A stretch of 64,000 nt of DNA from a bacterium (GTDB lineage: Bacteria > Hinthialibacterota > Hinthialibacteria > H5-UNCL2): NCBI GenBank assembly GCA_015075175.1, contig JABTUV010000012.1, forward strand, positions 36,018-100,017, written 5' to 3'. This document shows, one piece after another, positions 10,058 to 19,825 of this stretch (position 1 is the first letter of the stretch; every line of letters starts with the position of its first letter). The notes beneath the pieces were generated by a model, which worked only from the letters and a program-made list of their open reading frames with translations, ran no database searches and had not been told where the DNA came from. A program made the position numbers and the translations under genes.

Positions 10058-10259
10058 GATCGCCCCCCGGACGGATAGTCTACACTTGGAAGACGGACGT
10101 GCGCCAGGGAATGTGACGGGATGGGCGGGATGAATTTTTGACGGGATAACGGGATGGACGGGACGAGAGGAGCCGAGGGAGGCGCGGGTAGCCGGGGCGG
10201 GGGCGGATCGCCAAGGCTGAGGGGGAGAGCACGTCCAGAAGGCGCATGGCGTTGGGCGT

Positions 10260-10721
<462 letters not shown>

Positions 10722-10860
10722 TCAAACTGACCAAAATGCGCAAGTTTGAGCTGGCGGCGGCAAGCGGCCGCCGTCCACAGGCACGCCATATGCATCGTTG
10801 ACGCGCCGCCGCCCGAGGGCCACAATCCGAGGGTACCCTGCATCTTTCGGAGGCCATCCC

Positions 10861-11364
10861 ATGAAAAAGCGATCCGTGACGGTCAAGGAATTGGACCACG
10901 CTGAGTTCGGCAGGTACGGCGCCTTCGCCAATCTGATCAATCCCGATGCCCCGCACCTGGGCGAGGAGCCGATCGAGTTCTATCGCGACATGGCGTTGTT
11001 GGACTTGGGAGGCAAGCCGGCGGCGCTCTCGACCTGCCGGGTGTGCCGGCGTCCGCTGGTGGTGGACGTGTCCGAATACCACAACGGTTGCGGCGAGGCC
11101 CTGGTCCCGCTGGACGGCGACGTGCTCATCCACGTCGCCCCCGCGAGCGGCGGGGATGCCGTTCCCACGGACGAAATGGAAGTGTACCGGGTCCCCAAAG
11201 GGACCGCCGTCGTGCTGCGGCCCGGCGTCTGGCACCACGCGCCGTTCGCGCTGGAGCAGGAGTGCGTGAACGTGCTCATCATCCTGCCCGAGCGCACTTA
11301 CGCGGTCGATTGCCACGTGGAGAGGCTGTCCAAGAAAGAGCGCGTGCGCATTGCGGGCGCGTGA
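10861..11364 (+). CDS. ureidoglycolate lyase (AllA)-like cupin protein
   Basis: 167 aa; GGAGG RBS; motif PGVWHHAPFAL matches the AllA signature NVWHHPLFAW; cupin fold. Confidence 0.55.
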   Translation: MKKRSVTVKELDHAEFGRYGAFANLINPDAPHLGEEPIEFYRDMALLDLGGKPAALSTCRVCRRPLVVDVSEYHNGCGEALVPLDGDVLIHVAPASGGDAVPTDEMEVYRVPKGTAVVLRPGVWHHAPFALEQECVNVLIILPERTYAVDCHVERLSKKERVRIAGA

Positions 11365-11377
11365 GAGTGAAGCTCGC

Positions 11378-11470
11378 GCGGAGAACGCAGAGGACGCGGA
11401 GGGTTTCGTGAAACTCGCGCGGAGAACGCAGAGGGCGCGGAGGGCGCAGAGGGAGCGCAAGGGCGGAGCG
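11378..11470. repeat. imperfect tandem direct repeat (about 40-bp unit, 2 copies)
   Basis: aactcgcgcggagaacgcagaggRcgcggaggg occurs twice downstream of the allA-like stop. Confidence 0.5.
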
Positions 11471-11554
11471 GTCCCGGGCGGAGGCTCCCGGCATGAGAGA
11501 GGCCGGGGCGGGGGGGGGAGCGACGGTCCTCCGCCCGAGACAGTCCGCAATCAG

Positions 11555-12016
11555 TCAGTTATCCAGGAATCGGAGGTTTTCGCGCAGTTGCTCGATCTCC
11601 GCTTCATAGGCTTCGTAAAGGCCCGGGGAGTTCCAGATCACGACGGCCATGAAGCGGTCTCCGTCCTGAATCAGGTAGTGCCGGTCGATGCCGATGCGCG
11701 CCGCACCGTGCGGATCCGGCAGGTGGACGGCGTTCTGGACCAACAGCGCCTGCCGGCCTCCAACCTGGACAGGAATCGCTGGCTTGCCGGCCAGCTGCGG
11801 AAAACTCGCGGCGAATTCGGAGAGGTTCTCGTAACCGTGACCCCGGACTCCCAGAAGAAAGACCTTCAGGAACTCGCCGCCGCTGTCCAAGTCGCGGGTG
11901 AAGCTGACGAGCATCTGGTCGTCCCACTCGAACTCGGTCTGGAGCTTCCAACCGCGCAAGGCGGGCATTTGGAGCTTGGCTCCGAACTCGCGGTAGTGGA
12001 TGTTTCTCGTGGTCAT
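11555..12016 (-). CDS. hypothetical protein
   Basis: 153-aa ORF, coding-like composition, no recognisable motifs. Confidence 0.45.
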   Translation of the reverse strand: MTTRNIHYREFGAKLQMPALRGWKLQTEFEWDDQMLVSFTRDLDSGGEFLKVFLLGVRGHGYENLSEFAASFPQLAGKPAIPVQVGGRQALLVQNAVHLPDPHGAARIGIDRHYLIQDGDRFMAVVIWNSPGLYEAYEAEIEQLRENLRFLDN

Positions 12017-12179
12017 GGCGGCCTCCTTTTCGGCCCGGAGCGTCCCTGCGGGCGCGTAACCTTGTCGTCGATATTTTACTACATGTAAATTATAATGTCA
12101 ATATTGTAACGAAAAATAGTTATCTTTCTCGGCCTGACTCGGCCGCTGGCGGACCGCATGGAGCGCGCCAGCTTGCTGG

Positions 12180-12215
12180 CACGGCGGAAACGTCGCGGCA
12201 GCAAGCAGCCGCAGT
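12180..12215. repeat. copy of the cluster-specific palindromic repeat (CGGCAGCAAGCNGCCGCAGTCCAGAAGA family)
   Basis: cggcagcaagcagccgcagtccagaagagaagg; family members also at 13513-13607, 14060-14089 and 16715-16830. Confidence 0.65.
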
Positions 12216-12302
12216 CCAGAAGAGAAGGAAAGGCATTGGCAGGTTCGGAGGCTTGGATTATGGTAGTCCAGTTTGCCTGCCTGGGCCGGCGGAGGAACAC
12301 AT

Positions 12303-13496
12303 ATGTCAAGGGTTTTCAGTATATTAACGACGATCGTCCTGATCCTGGAGGGGGCGATCGTGGCTATCGGCCAGGAATCCGGCGACATCCGCGAGTTGAA
12401 ACTCAAAGACTGGCAGCCCCAGTCCATGATGATTACCCGGGTGACGCAAGTGAATTACGCCAAGTATCCCGTGATCGATGTGCACAACCATCTGGGCGAC
12501 GGGCGAGGCGTGGACCGCTATCTGTGCGAGATGGATGCGGCCGGAGTCTACTGTGTGGTCAACTTGGACGGGGGAACCACGCCGGAGCGGGTGAAGGAGG
12601 TCATCGGGCGTTTGGAGGGCGCGCATCCGGGGCGGTTTTTGACGTTCGCCCTGGTGGATTTTCGGGGGTTGGACGAGCCCGGTTGGGGGGAGCGCGCGGC
12701 CCGGCAACTGGAGGAGTGTTTTCTGGCCGGCGCGAAAGGACTGAAGATTCACAAGAATTTGGGTTTGGGCATCCGGCACAAAGACGGGCGGCTGTTGGAG
12801 GTGGATGATCCGGTTCTGGATCCGGTGTGGGAGACGTGCGCGAAGCATGGCCGGCCGGTCGTGATCCACTCAGCGGACCCGGCGGCGTTCTTCACGCCGC
12901 TGGATGCCAAGAATGAGCGCTGGCACGAATTGAACGCCAATCCCGGCTGGCTATTCTACGGCGAACGCTGGCCGAGCCGCAACGCCATCCTGGAGGCGCG
13001 CAACCGGATGATCGCGCGCCATCCCAAGACGACCTTCATCTGCGCGCACCTGGCCAACAATCCCGAGGACCTGGAGACGGTGGGCCGATGGTTGGACGCC
13101 TATCCCAACATGGTGTGCGACATCGACGCGCGCATCAGCGAACTGGGCCGGCAGCCGTACACGGCCCGCCGGTTCTTCATCAAGTATCAGGATCGCGTGA
13201 TGTTCGGCACGGATACGACGCCCGTGGACCGGGAGGCGTATCGCATTTACTATCGCTTCCTGGAGACCGAGGACGAATACTTCGACTGCCGCAAGAGCCA
13301 CCATTTGCAGGGGTTTTGGATGATCTACGGGGTTAATCTGCCGGACAAGGTACTCAGGAAGATCTACTATCAGAATGCTCTCAAGTACCTGTACGGACTT
13401 GCGGAGTACAAGCGGGAGTTGGAGCGATTCCAGGCGAGTCCGGCGGTGCAGCGGGTCGTGGTGGGCAGGACGGCGCCGGTCGTGCCGGAGAAATAG
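12303..13496 (+). CDS. amidohydrolase-2 family (TIM-barrel metal-dependent hydrolase) protein, signal peptide
   Basis: GGAGG RBS; N-terminal signal/TM; metal-ligand motifs IDVHNHL...H...D typical of PF04909 amidohydrolases. Confidence 0.65.
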   Translation: MSRVFSILTTIVLILEGAIVAIGQESGDIRELKLKDWQPQSMMITRVTQVNYAKYPVIDVHNHLGDGRGVDRYLCEMDAAGVYCVVNLDGGTTPERVKEVIGRLEGAHPGRFLTFALVDFRGLDEPGWGERAARQLEECFLAGAKGLKIHKNLGLGIRHKDGRLLEVDDPVLDPVWETCAKHGRPVVIHSADPAAFFTPLDAKNERWHELNANPGWLFYGERWPSRNAILEARNRMIARHPKTTFICAHLANNPEDLETVGRWLDAYPNMVCDIDARISELGRQPYTARRFFIKYQDRVMFGTDTTPVDREAYRIYYRFLETEDEYFDCRKSHHLQGFWMIYGVNLPDKVLRKIYYQNALKYLYGLAEYKRELERFQASPAVQRVVVGRTAPVVPEK

Positions 13497-13512
13497 GCGA
13501 CTGTTGGGAGTG

Positions 13513-13607
13513 CGGCAGCTTGCTGCCGCGCGCAGCATGGTGCGGTCGCGCCACGCTGCGCAACTACGGGTCGCAGCAGCAAGCCGCCGCAGTCCAAAAA
13601 AGGAAAA
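13513..13607. repeat. two copies of the CGGCAGCAAGCTGCCG palindromic repeat family
   Basis: cggcagcttgctgccgcgcgcagc ... gcagcagcaagccgccgcagtccaaaaaagg. Confidence 0.65.
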
Positions 13608-13644
13608 CCCCGGCGTCGGGGAGACGCCGGGGTCTTCTATTTCC
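13608..13644 (+). terminator. rho-independent terminator downstream of the amidohydrolase gene
   Basis: CCCCGGCGTC-GGGGA-GACGCCGGGG 10-bp stem followed by TCTTCTATTTCC. Confidence 0.55.
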
Positions 13645-14059
13645 AGCCGCTGCCAAGTGCGGCGAAACGCCCCATCCGTCAAACAGGCGGGCGGGAAGGG
13701 AGCCGTCGGCTTGCGCCGAGATGATTCGGGCGCTTCCAAAAGGGAAGGTGAAGCGCCCTCGACCAGAGGAATCCCTCCGGGCCTGGCTCCCACCAGTTGC
13801 TACCAGCGGAAGCGTCAGCCCGCAGCTCCCCTCCCTCGGGGTAGGAGTCTCTTAACGTAATCCTGCGGCATTGAGTTCTCCGTTGCCTGGGTTTGTATCC
13901 GGGACCTCTATGTCTGCACAGTATTATAACCCAGGGAGGGTGAAAGTGACGACAAAATCGTAGGGGACGTAGCGGATCGTTACGGGCGTCACGGAAGGGG
14001 CGAGGGTAGGCAGACGGAAGGTGCTTTGTAATATAAAGTTATCGTTTGCGTCTCAATTT

Positions 14060-14111
14060 CGGCCCGCGGCAGCAAGCAGCCGCGCTCCATACGCCCCCTT
14101 AAGAAGGGGGG
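14060..14111. repeat. palindromic repeat copy (14060-14089) plus CCCCCTTAAGAAGGGGGG hairpin (14094-14111)
   Basis: cggcccgcggcagcaagcagccgcgctcca, then ccccttaagaaggggggg; the hairpin is related to the 22157-22197 and 43338-43377 hairpins. Confidence 0.55.
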
Positions 14112-14186
14112 AATAATCCGCGCCACTCTTGCAACTTTCGGAACAAACCAAGCACGCTTGGGCCGATTCCGACCGAAGAGGTACGC

Positions 14187-15483
14187 GATGCGAGGACTAT
14201 TCCGCAGAAAGGGCGTGACGCCGGAACGCCGCCGACCTGCCGGTTTTGACGCCCTGCCCGCCGCCGGCGAGCTGGGAACCCACCCACGATCCATCCCCCT
14301 GGCTTCCGCCCCGCCCAGCGGGTTCTTCCGCTACGGCGAGTTCATCGATCATCCGCAGGGCTGCCCCTCGCTGCTGTTTCCCCTTTATCGCTTCCTGCGC
14401 GACTTCGTTCCCGACGTATCCAACGGCGTGTGGGCCTGGGTGCGATTGTGCAGCACCCCGCAGTCGGTCGCGTACGTGGGCGGCGGGCCGGGGGAGCAGC
14501 AGGCCGCCGCCGAGGTCGTGGCGGCGCTGGATCGGCGCATCTACGAGTTCGACCACATGAAGCAGCAGGGCATGGACGCACTCGTCAACGCCTTCTTCCT
14601 GTCGGTTTTCACCTACGGTTGCTTCGCCGGCGAAGTCGTGCTCCGCGACGACCGGCGCGGCATCGACCGCTTCTACATTGTCGATCCGGCGACCATCCGC
14701 TTCAAGCGCTTTCCCACCAGCCGGCGGCTGGTTCCCTACCAGGTCCTGCCCGACGGCCGGATCATCCGGCTGCGGGAAGCGAGCTTTTTCTACTACGGGC
14801 TGGACGCGGACGGAGACAATCCGTACGGGCGCTCGCCGTTGTCGGCACTGCCGTGGGTCGTCAAGATCAGCCAAGAGATGCTGGAGGACATGGGGCGGGC
14901 GGTGCACAACGCGGGGTGGCCGCAACTGCATGTGCGGTTTTCGCCGCCGGCGCGCGAGCCGGGCGAATCGCTGGAGCACTACGCGGCTCGCACCGAGGCG
15001 GGCTATCGCGAAATCCGCGACGGGCTGCGCGCCAAGAAGGCCGACAGCAACTTTCTCACCTTCGACAACGTCGAGATCGGCTACCTATCGCCGCGCGGCG
15101 GGGCCACGCAATGGTTCCAGGCCTATCAAGCCGTCAGCGAGCAGGTGGTCTCGGCGCTGCATCTGCCGCCGTTCATGCTGGGGCGCAACTGGGGCACGAC
15201 CGAGAGCTGGGGCGCGGCCCAGTACGAACTGATGGTCAACAACGCCGTCTCGGTGCAACGCGGCGCCAAGCGCATGTGCGAGTGGTTGCGCAACCTCGAG
15301 CTGGCCCTGGCAGGACTTCCCGTGATCACGCACCACCACTTCCGGCCGCATCGGCAACTGGCGGCGCGGGAGAACGCGGAGGCGCGCAAGACCGCCATCG
15401 AGGCGGACCTCCTGCTGCTGGACCGGCAGCTCATCCCGCCTGAGGCGGTAGTGGCGGCGCATTTTCCCGGGGGTGGGCGATGA
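14187..15483 (+). CDS. phage portal-like protein
   Basis: 431 aa from the ATG with GAAGAGG RBS (track ORF begins at TTG 14158); size and position at the head of a capsid-gene module suggest a portal; no strong motif, so tentative. Confidence 0.45.
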
Positions 15484-16247
15484 AGCTCTTGGCGGGCGAA
15501 ATGTATCTGGTGCAGCGCGATTGGGGCGGAGTTCCGGCGTCGCTGGTAAAGCGCGGCGCGGCGGTGGAGGCCAGGAGCGAGTCGGGGCGCGATCTGGTCG
15601 CGCTCTTTCCGGCCTTGCGGGGGGAACTGCTGGCGTTGTCGGAAGACTGCGAGTTGTCCGGGCTACTCTATCTCTATCGGGGATGGACGCGACAGCCGCG
15701 GGCCGTCGTGCGCGAGGTGGTCTTGGGCCGGCGCAGTCCGGAGGGCCTCGTTGCCCGCATCGACGTTCTGGATCGACGGGGCGACGGCTCGGTCGAGGAG
15801 CGGCGGCGGGCCGTGGAGGCGCTCTTCTGGGAGCACCCGGGGATGATTCTGCGTCCCGCGCTGACGGACGTGCTGTCGGGCGGGGAGTGCGCGGTGCTGC
15901 TTGCTACCGGCGCAATGCACCTGGTAGTGCGCGCTCTCTCGGGAGACGGGGAGCCGGTGAGGCTGGCGGGCGAGGGCTGCCGACTCCTGCGTTGCGGCCA
16001 CTGGGAGCGGCGCGAATTGGGCGACGGCCTGTCCGAGCTGGCGCTATGGGACGGAGAGCGCCGCCGGTATGCGGGCGTGCACGGATTTGCGCCGGATCGG
16101 AATGCGCAGGTCGGTCCTTACCTGGGGTTTTCCGGCGCGGCGTGGGGTGAACTGGCGGATTGGCGGCTACCGGCGCTGGGCGAGCACTGGCGGGCCGTGG
16201 CGGGGGAGTATCGCATCGAGGAGGAGGACGAACATGCAGAAGCATGA
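15480..16247 (+). CDS. hypothetical phage-cluster protein (prohead protease or scaffold position)
   Basis: 255-aa ORF, start overlaps the portal stop (ATGA); acidic C-terminus EEEDEHAEA; no protease motif recognised. Confidence 0.4.
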   Translation: MKLLAGEMYLVQRDWGGVPASLVKRGAAVEARSESGRDLVALFPALRGELLALSEDCELSGLLYLYRGWTRQPRAVVREVVLGRRSPEGLVARIDVLDRRGDGSVEERRRAVEALFWEHPGMILRPALTDVLSGGECAVLLATGAMHLVVRALSGDGEPVRLAGEGCRLLRCGHWERRELGDGLSELALWDGERRRYAGVHGFAPDRNAQVGPYLGFSGAAWGELADWRLPALGEHWRAVAGEYRIEEEDEHAEA

Positions 16248-16695
16248 GCTGGAGCCGCCCAAGAGTCTGGCGGGGGCGGCCGCCGACGTGCTGTACAGCA
16301 ACGGCGTGTTGGACCTGGAGGCGCTTTCGGACTGGCTGGAGGCGCGCGAGGCGGAGTTCGGCGCGCAGAGCGCGCGGTTGGAGGAACTGGAGCGCGAGGC
16401 GGAAGCCAGCGCGCCGCTGGTCGAGCAGGCGCGGGCGCAGATGTCGAGGCGCCGGGGCGAGGTGCAACGCGGCTGGCGGTACTGGCGGCGGCGGAGACGC
16501 CCCGCCGAACTGGCGCGGCTGCGGCGCGAGCTGTTGCGCGCCGAGAGCGCCGAGCAGCTGGAGGCGCTGGCCGACCGCGTCGAGCGGTTGATCGAGGACG
16601 CGCTGCCGACGCGTCCGACCGCCGAGGCCGTGGAGAGCGCGGGCCGCGACGTCTCGCGGCAGTTGGCGGCCTTTCGCATGGCCGGCGGGACCTGA
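16235..16695 (+). CDS. hypothetical coiled-coil protein (scaffold-like)
   Basis: 153 aa; highly charged, helical, Arg/Glu-rich (ELEREAEASAPLVEQARAQ...RRELLRAESAEQLEALADRVERLIEDAL). Confidence 0.4.
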
Positions 16696-16714
16696 GCTCG
16701 CCGTGAAATTGTGG

Positions 16715-16830
16715 ACTGCGGCAGCCGGCTGCCCGCGGTTGTGGACCGCGGCTGCTTGCTGCCGCGCGCGGGAGCAAGCAGTCGCATTTCATAGCGGCAG
16801 CAAGCTGCCGCAGTCCAGAAGAAATCCTAT
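16715..16830. repeat. three alternating-orientation copies of the GGCAGCAAGCTGCCGCAGTCCA repeat forming a large inverted repeat
   Basis: tggactgcggcagccggctgcc ... ggaccgcggctgcttgctgccgcg ... gcggcagcaagctgccgcagtccagaagaaatcc immediately upstream of the RBS and GTG at 16846. Confidence 0.65.
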
Positions 16831-16845
16831 GAGGAGGAACAATCA

Positions 16846-17250
16846 GTGACCAGAAACGTGGACAATCTGGGCATCGGCGCCTTGTACGGCAGTTTCAACG
16901 TGGAACTGTCGGAAGGCGAGCCGACCCTGACAACCAGCGACGTGGGCAAGGCGGTCGTCTTGTCCGACGACAACACCATCGGGATCGGGAGCGACGGCGA
17001 CCGGCTCCTCGGGCGGCTGGAGGCGATCGAGGACGAGTTGGCGACGGTGCAAGTGGCCGGCGTGGTGCGCCTGTCTCTGGCGGAGGGCAAGACGGCGCCG
17101 GACGTGGGCGACGGGGTGGTGGTGGACGGGGCGGGGGCGGCCTATCAGGCGCCTGCGCTGGGCGGCAACGATCCGGCGGGCGGCAACGTGGCGCGCGGCG
17201 TCACGCTGGCCGTCGATGCTACCGCGGGAACCGCGGACATTCTGCTGTAA
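16846..17250 (+). CDS. Gly/Val/Ala-rich small protein (DUF2190/head-decoration-like)
   Basis: 134 aa, GTG start with AGGAGG RBS; composition and position just upstream of the capsid gene resemble DUF2190/decoration proteins. Confidence 0.4.
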   Translation: MTRNVDNLGIGALYGSFNVELSEGEPTLTTSDVGKAVVLSDDNTIGIGSDGDRLLGRLEAIEDELATVQVAGVVRLSLAEGKTAPDVGDGVVVDGAGAAYQAPALGGNDPAGGNVARGVTLAVDATAGTADILL

Positions 17251-17265
17251 GGAGGCAAGACACAG

Positions 17266-18330
17266 ATGAACCACCACGCTTACGAACGGGGCGGGCTGCC
17301 GGCGGAGCTGGCGCGGGCGGCGGAGATCACGCTCTCTCCCGATCTTTACAGCCGGGCGCGCACGCGCGGGCTGTCTTTGTCCGGGCTGCTGGAGGAGCTG
17401 GACCCGAGCGGGCCGGGGGCGGCGCTGGACGCCTTCGAGCGCCAACTGGCGCTGGCCGGCATCCGCGTCGCCGGCCCCCAGGCCGACGCCATCGACCGCT
17501 TCTTTGCCAGCGCGGAGAACGCGGTGCTCTTCCCCGAGTACGTCTCGCGCGCGGTGCGCGCGGGCATGAGCGACTTCTCCAAGCTGGACAAGATCACGGC
17601 GACCCGCACCAAGATCGACGACGACACCTACCGCACTCTCTACATGGACGATTCCGTCTACGCGGAGGGCGAGCTCTCGCTGGCCCGTGTCTCGGAAGGC
17701 GCGGCCATGCCCAGGATCGAGATCAAGACCGCCGAGCATTCGATCACGCTGTCCAAGTACGGGCGCTACATCGAGACTACCTACGAAGCCATCCGGCGCA
17801 AGAAGGCGCCCGTGGTCGAGGTGTTTCTGCGCAGCATCGGGATGCAGATCCAGAAGGACAAGTTCCGCGAGGCGCTGTCCGTGCTCATCTCGGGGGACGG
17901 CAACGACAACGCCGCGCCGGTCGATCCCGTGGAGACCGACGAGACGCTGACCTACCCCGACCTCATCCAGTTTTCGCTGGCGTTCGCGCCCTACGAGTTG
18001 TCGGTGCTCGTCGCGGACGCGACCACGGCGGCCTTGATCCTCAACCTGGACGAGTTCAAGCATCCCGAGGTGGCCCGCGGTTTGCAGACGCGGGGCGAGA
18101 TGATCACGCCGCTGGGCGCGACGCTGATCGTGGACGACAGCGCTCCCGCCAACAAGATCGTGGGCCTGGACCGGCGCTTTGCGCTGGAGGAGGTCTACGA
18201 GACCGGCGTACTGATCGAGAGCGACCGGCTGATCCGCCAGCAGATCGAGGGCACGGCCATTTCAGAGGTCGCCGGCTTCGGCAAGCTGGTGACTTCGGCG
18301 TGCCGCGTGCTCAACCTGGACATCAGCTAG
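17266..18330 (+). CDS. HK97-fold phage major capsid protein
   Basis: 354 aa; E-loop-like segment PRIEIKTAEHSITLSKYGRYIETTYEAI and overall layout typical of the Phage_capsid family; flanked by portal-like and connector genes. Confidence 0.6.
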   Translation: MNHHAYERGGLPAELARAAEITLSPDLYSRARTRGLSLSGLLEELDPSGPGAALDAFERQLALAGIRVAGPQADAIDRFFASAENAVLFPEYVSRAVRAGMSDFSKLDKITATRTKIDDDTYRTLYMDDSVYAEGELSLARVSEGAAMPRIEIKTAEHSITLSKYGRYIETTYEAIRRKKAPVVEVFLRSIGMQIQKDKFREALSVLISGDGNDNAAPVDPVETDETLTYPDLIQFSLAFAPYELSVLVADATTAALILNLDEFKHPEVARGLQTRGEMITPLGATLIVDDSAPANKIVGLDRRFALEEVYETGVLIESDRLIRQQIEGTAISEVAGFGKLVTSACRVLNLDIS

Positions 18331-18710
18331 TCTGCCCGGGGGCGGGAGCGATGCGCTCCCGCCCCCGTTCTTTCCACCCGCACGGCGCGCAGCACCCCTC
18401 GATACGGCCTCTGGCCTACTCGGGGCCGGGCGCTGCGCAAGTACGGATTTGCGGGACAGTCGCTCATGGAGCTTCGCCTCACCCGTAGAGGATATAAACC
18501 GAGGCGGCTCCGAGGGCTGCCTGGGCGCATCGAGACCGTCCTCTCGATATCCCTCGATACGGCCTTTGGTCTACTCGGGACAAGGCGCGGCCCGAAGTTA
18601 CAGCTTGCGCTTCAAGCAGGCCATCCGTCGGGCCGCTACTCGAGGACTCGGTTTTGTTTTTGCTCAGGGCATTTCAGGAATGCACTATTCTCGGAGCAGG
18701 AGTGATCTCG
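18331..18710. repeat. 380-bp noncoding insert inside the structural operon; dispersed repeat family (CTCGATACGGCC / CTACTCGAG motifs)
   Basis: About 57-bp imperfect direct repeat (18397-18453 vs 18549-18606); 18634-18668 gctactcgaggactcggttttgtttttgctc is the reverse complement of 32380-32432. Confidence 0.55.
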
Positions 18711-19115
18711 ATGGCCTTCACGGACCTTGCCACGGTGCGATTGCACACCGGATTGTTGGACGAGGAGCGCGTGCCCGACGAGTTGATCGAGCAGCGGCTG
18801 GCCGACGCGCACGCGGACATTTTGCGCGACCTTGCGCCCGCCTACGCCGAGAGCACGGACGCGGTCCTGGCGACCGCCGAGACGGAGCTGGCGGCGGCGT
18901 ATCTCCTGCGCAGCCTGGCGCTGGGGGCGGCCTTTGCGGACAAGGACCTGCGGAGCGGGGACCTGACGCTGCGGCAGCGCGGGCGCAGCGGGGTGCTGTT
19001 GGCGCAGGCCGAGGCGGAGGAGCGGCGCGCCTGGGGGCGGCTCCTGCCGTACTTGACGAAGTCCGCCCATCCGCATCGCTTTACGCCCGTCGAGCCGGAC
19101 GGAGAGGGGGCCTGA
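18711..19115 (+). CDS. phage gp6-like head-tail connector protein
   Basis: 134 aa; N-terminal pattern MAFTDLATVRLHTGLLDEERVPDELIEQRLADAHADI matches the gp6-like connector family signature. Confidence 0.5.
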   Translation: MAFTDLATVRLHTGLLDEERVPDELIEQRLADAHADILRDLAPAYAESTDAVLATAETELAAAYLLRSLALGAAFADKDLRSGDLTLRQRGRSGVLLAQAEAEERRAWGRLLPYLTKSAHPHRFTPVEPDGEGA

Positions 19116-19116
19116 C

Positions 19117-19803
19117 GTGGTTACGTTGGGCGATTACGCCTTTGCCCACGACACGACTCGAGTCCTCTCGGACCTGCGCTTCGTCGAGGACCGTCTGCGG
19201 AGACAGGTCGAGATCGTCGGCCTCCTGTCGGGCTTCTCCACGCGGGCGGCGTTCGAGAGCGAACTGGCGGCGCTGGACGCGGCCGTGGAGGCGTTCTCCA
19301 ACGGATCGGCGGCGCTTTCGCTGACGGCGGGGCGCGCCCTGTCCGGCAGCGTGCTGCGCTATCGCAAGACCCTCGACGAACTGCAGCGTTCCGTCGCCTT
19401 CCGGCTGATTCTCCTGTCCGAGGATCGCTTCGAACGCAGTGTGGCGCTCCACGAGGAACCGCTCACCATCACCGCGTCGGGCGACTATCTCGTGTTGGAG
19501 AACGCGGGCACGGCCGACAGCCTGCCGACGCTCACGCTGACGGCCGACGGGTCGCTGGTTGACCCGAGTTTATCCGACGGGACGCGCGCGCTGACGTACC
19601 ACGGGACGCTTTCGGCGGGCGACGTGCTGGTTGTGGACTGCGACGCGCATACCGCCACGGTCAACGGCGAGAACGCGCTGTCCGGCGTATCCGGCGACTG
19701 GCCGCGCCTGTCGCCGGGCGAAACCACGCTTACTTACAGCGATGATGCCGCCGGCTCGCACGACGCCACGCTGGTCGTGGCGTACCGCGATTTCTGGGCC
19801 TGA
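19117..19803 (+). CDS. hypothetical phage structural protein
   Basis: 228 aa, GTG start 1 nt after the connector stop. Confidence 0.4.
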   Translation: MVTLGDYAFAHDTTRVLSDLRFVEDRLRRQVEIVGLLSGFSTRAAFESELAALDAAVEAFSNGSAALSLTAGRALSGSVLRYRKTLDELQRSVAFRLILLSEDRFERSVALHEEPLTITASGDYLVLENAGTADSLPTLTLTADGSLVDPSLSDGTRALTYHGTLSAGDVLVVDCDAHTATVNGENALSGVSGDWPRLSPGETTLTYSDDAAGSHDATLVVAYRDFWA

Positions 19804-19825
19804 GAGTGAGAGAAAGGACGAGTCG

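Noticed and set aside
13870-13935. tRNA-like T-arm (gggtttgtatccgggacc) upstream of the phage-like cluster, as a possible att or tRNA fragment
   Set aside because: No acceptor or anticodon stems can be folded around it, and the T-loop deviates from GGTTCGAATCC; likely chance similarity.
17266-18330. Capsid protein interpreted as an encapsulin shell gene
   Set aside because: Portal-like, connector and tail-position genes flank it, and no cargo protein with a targeting peptide is present; a phage-derived head module is the simpler reading.
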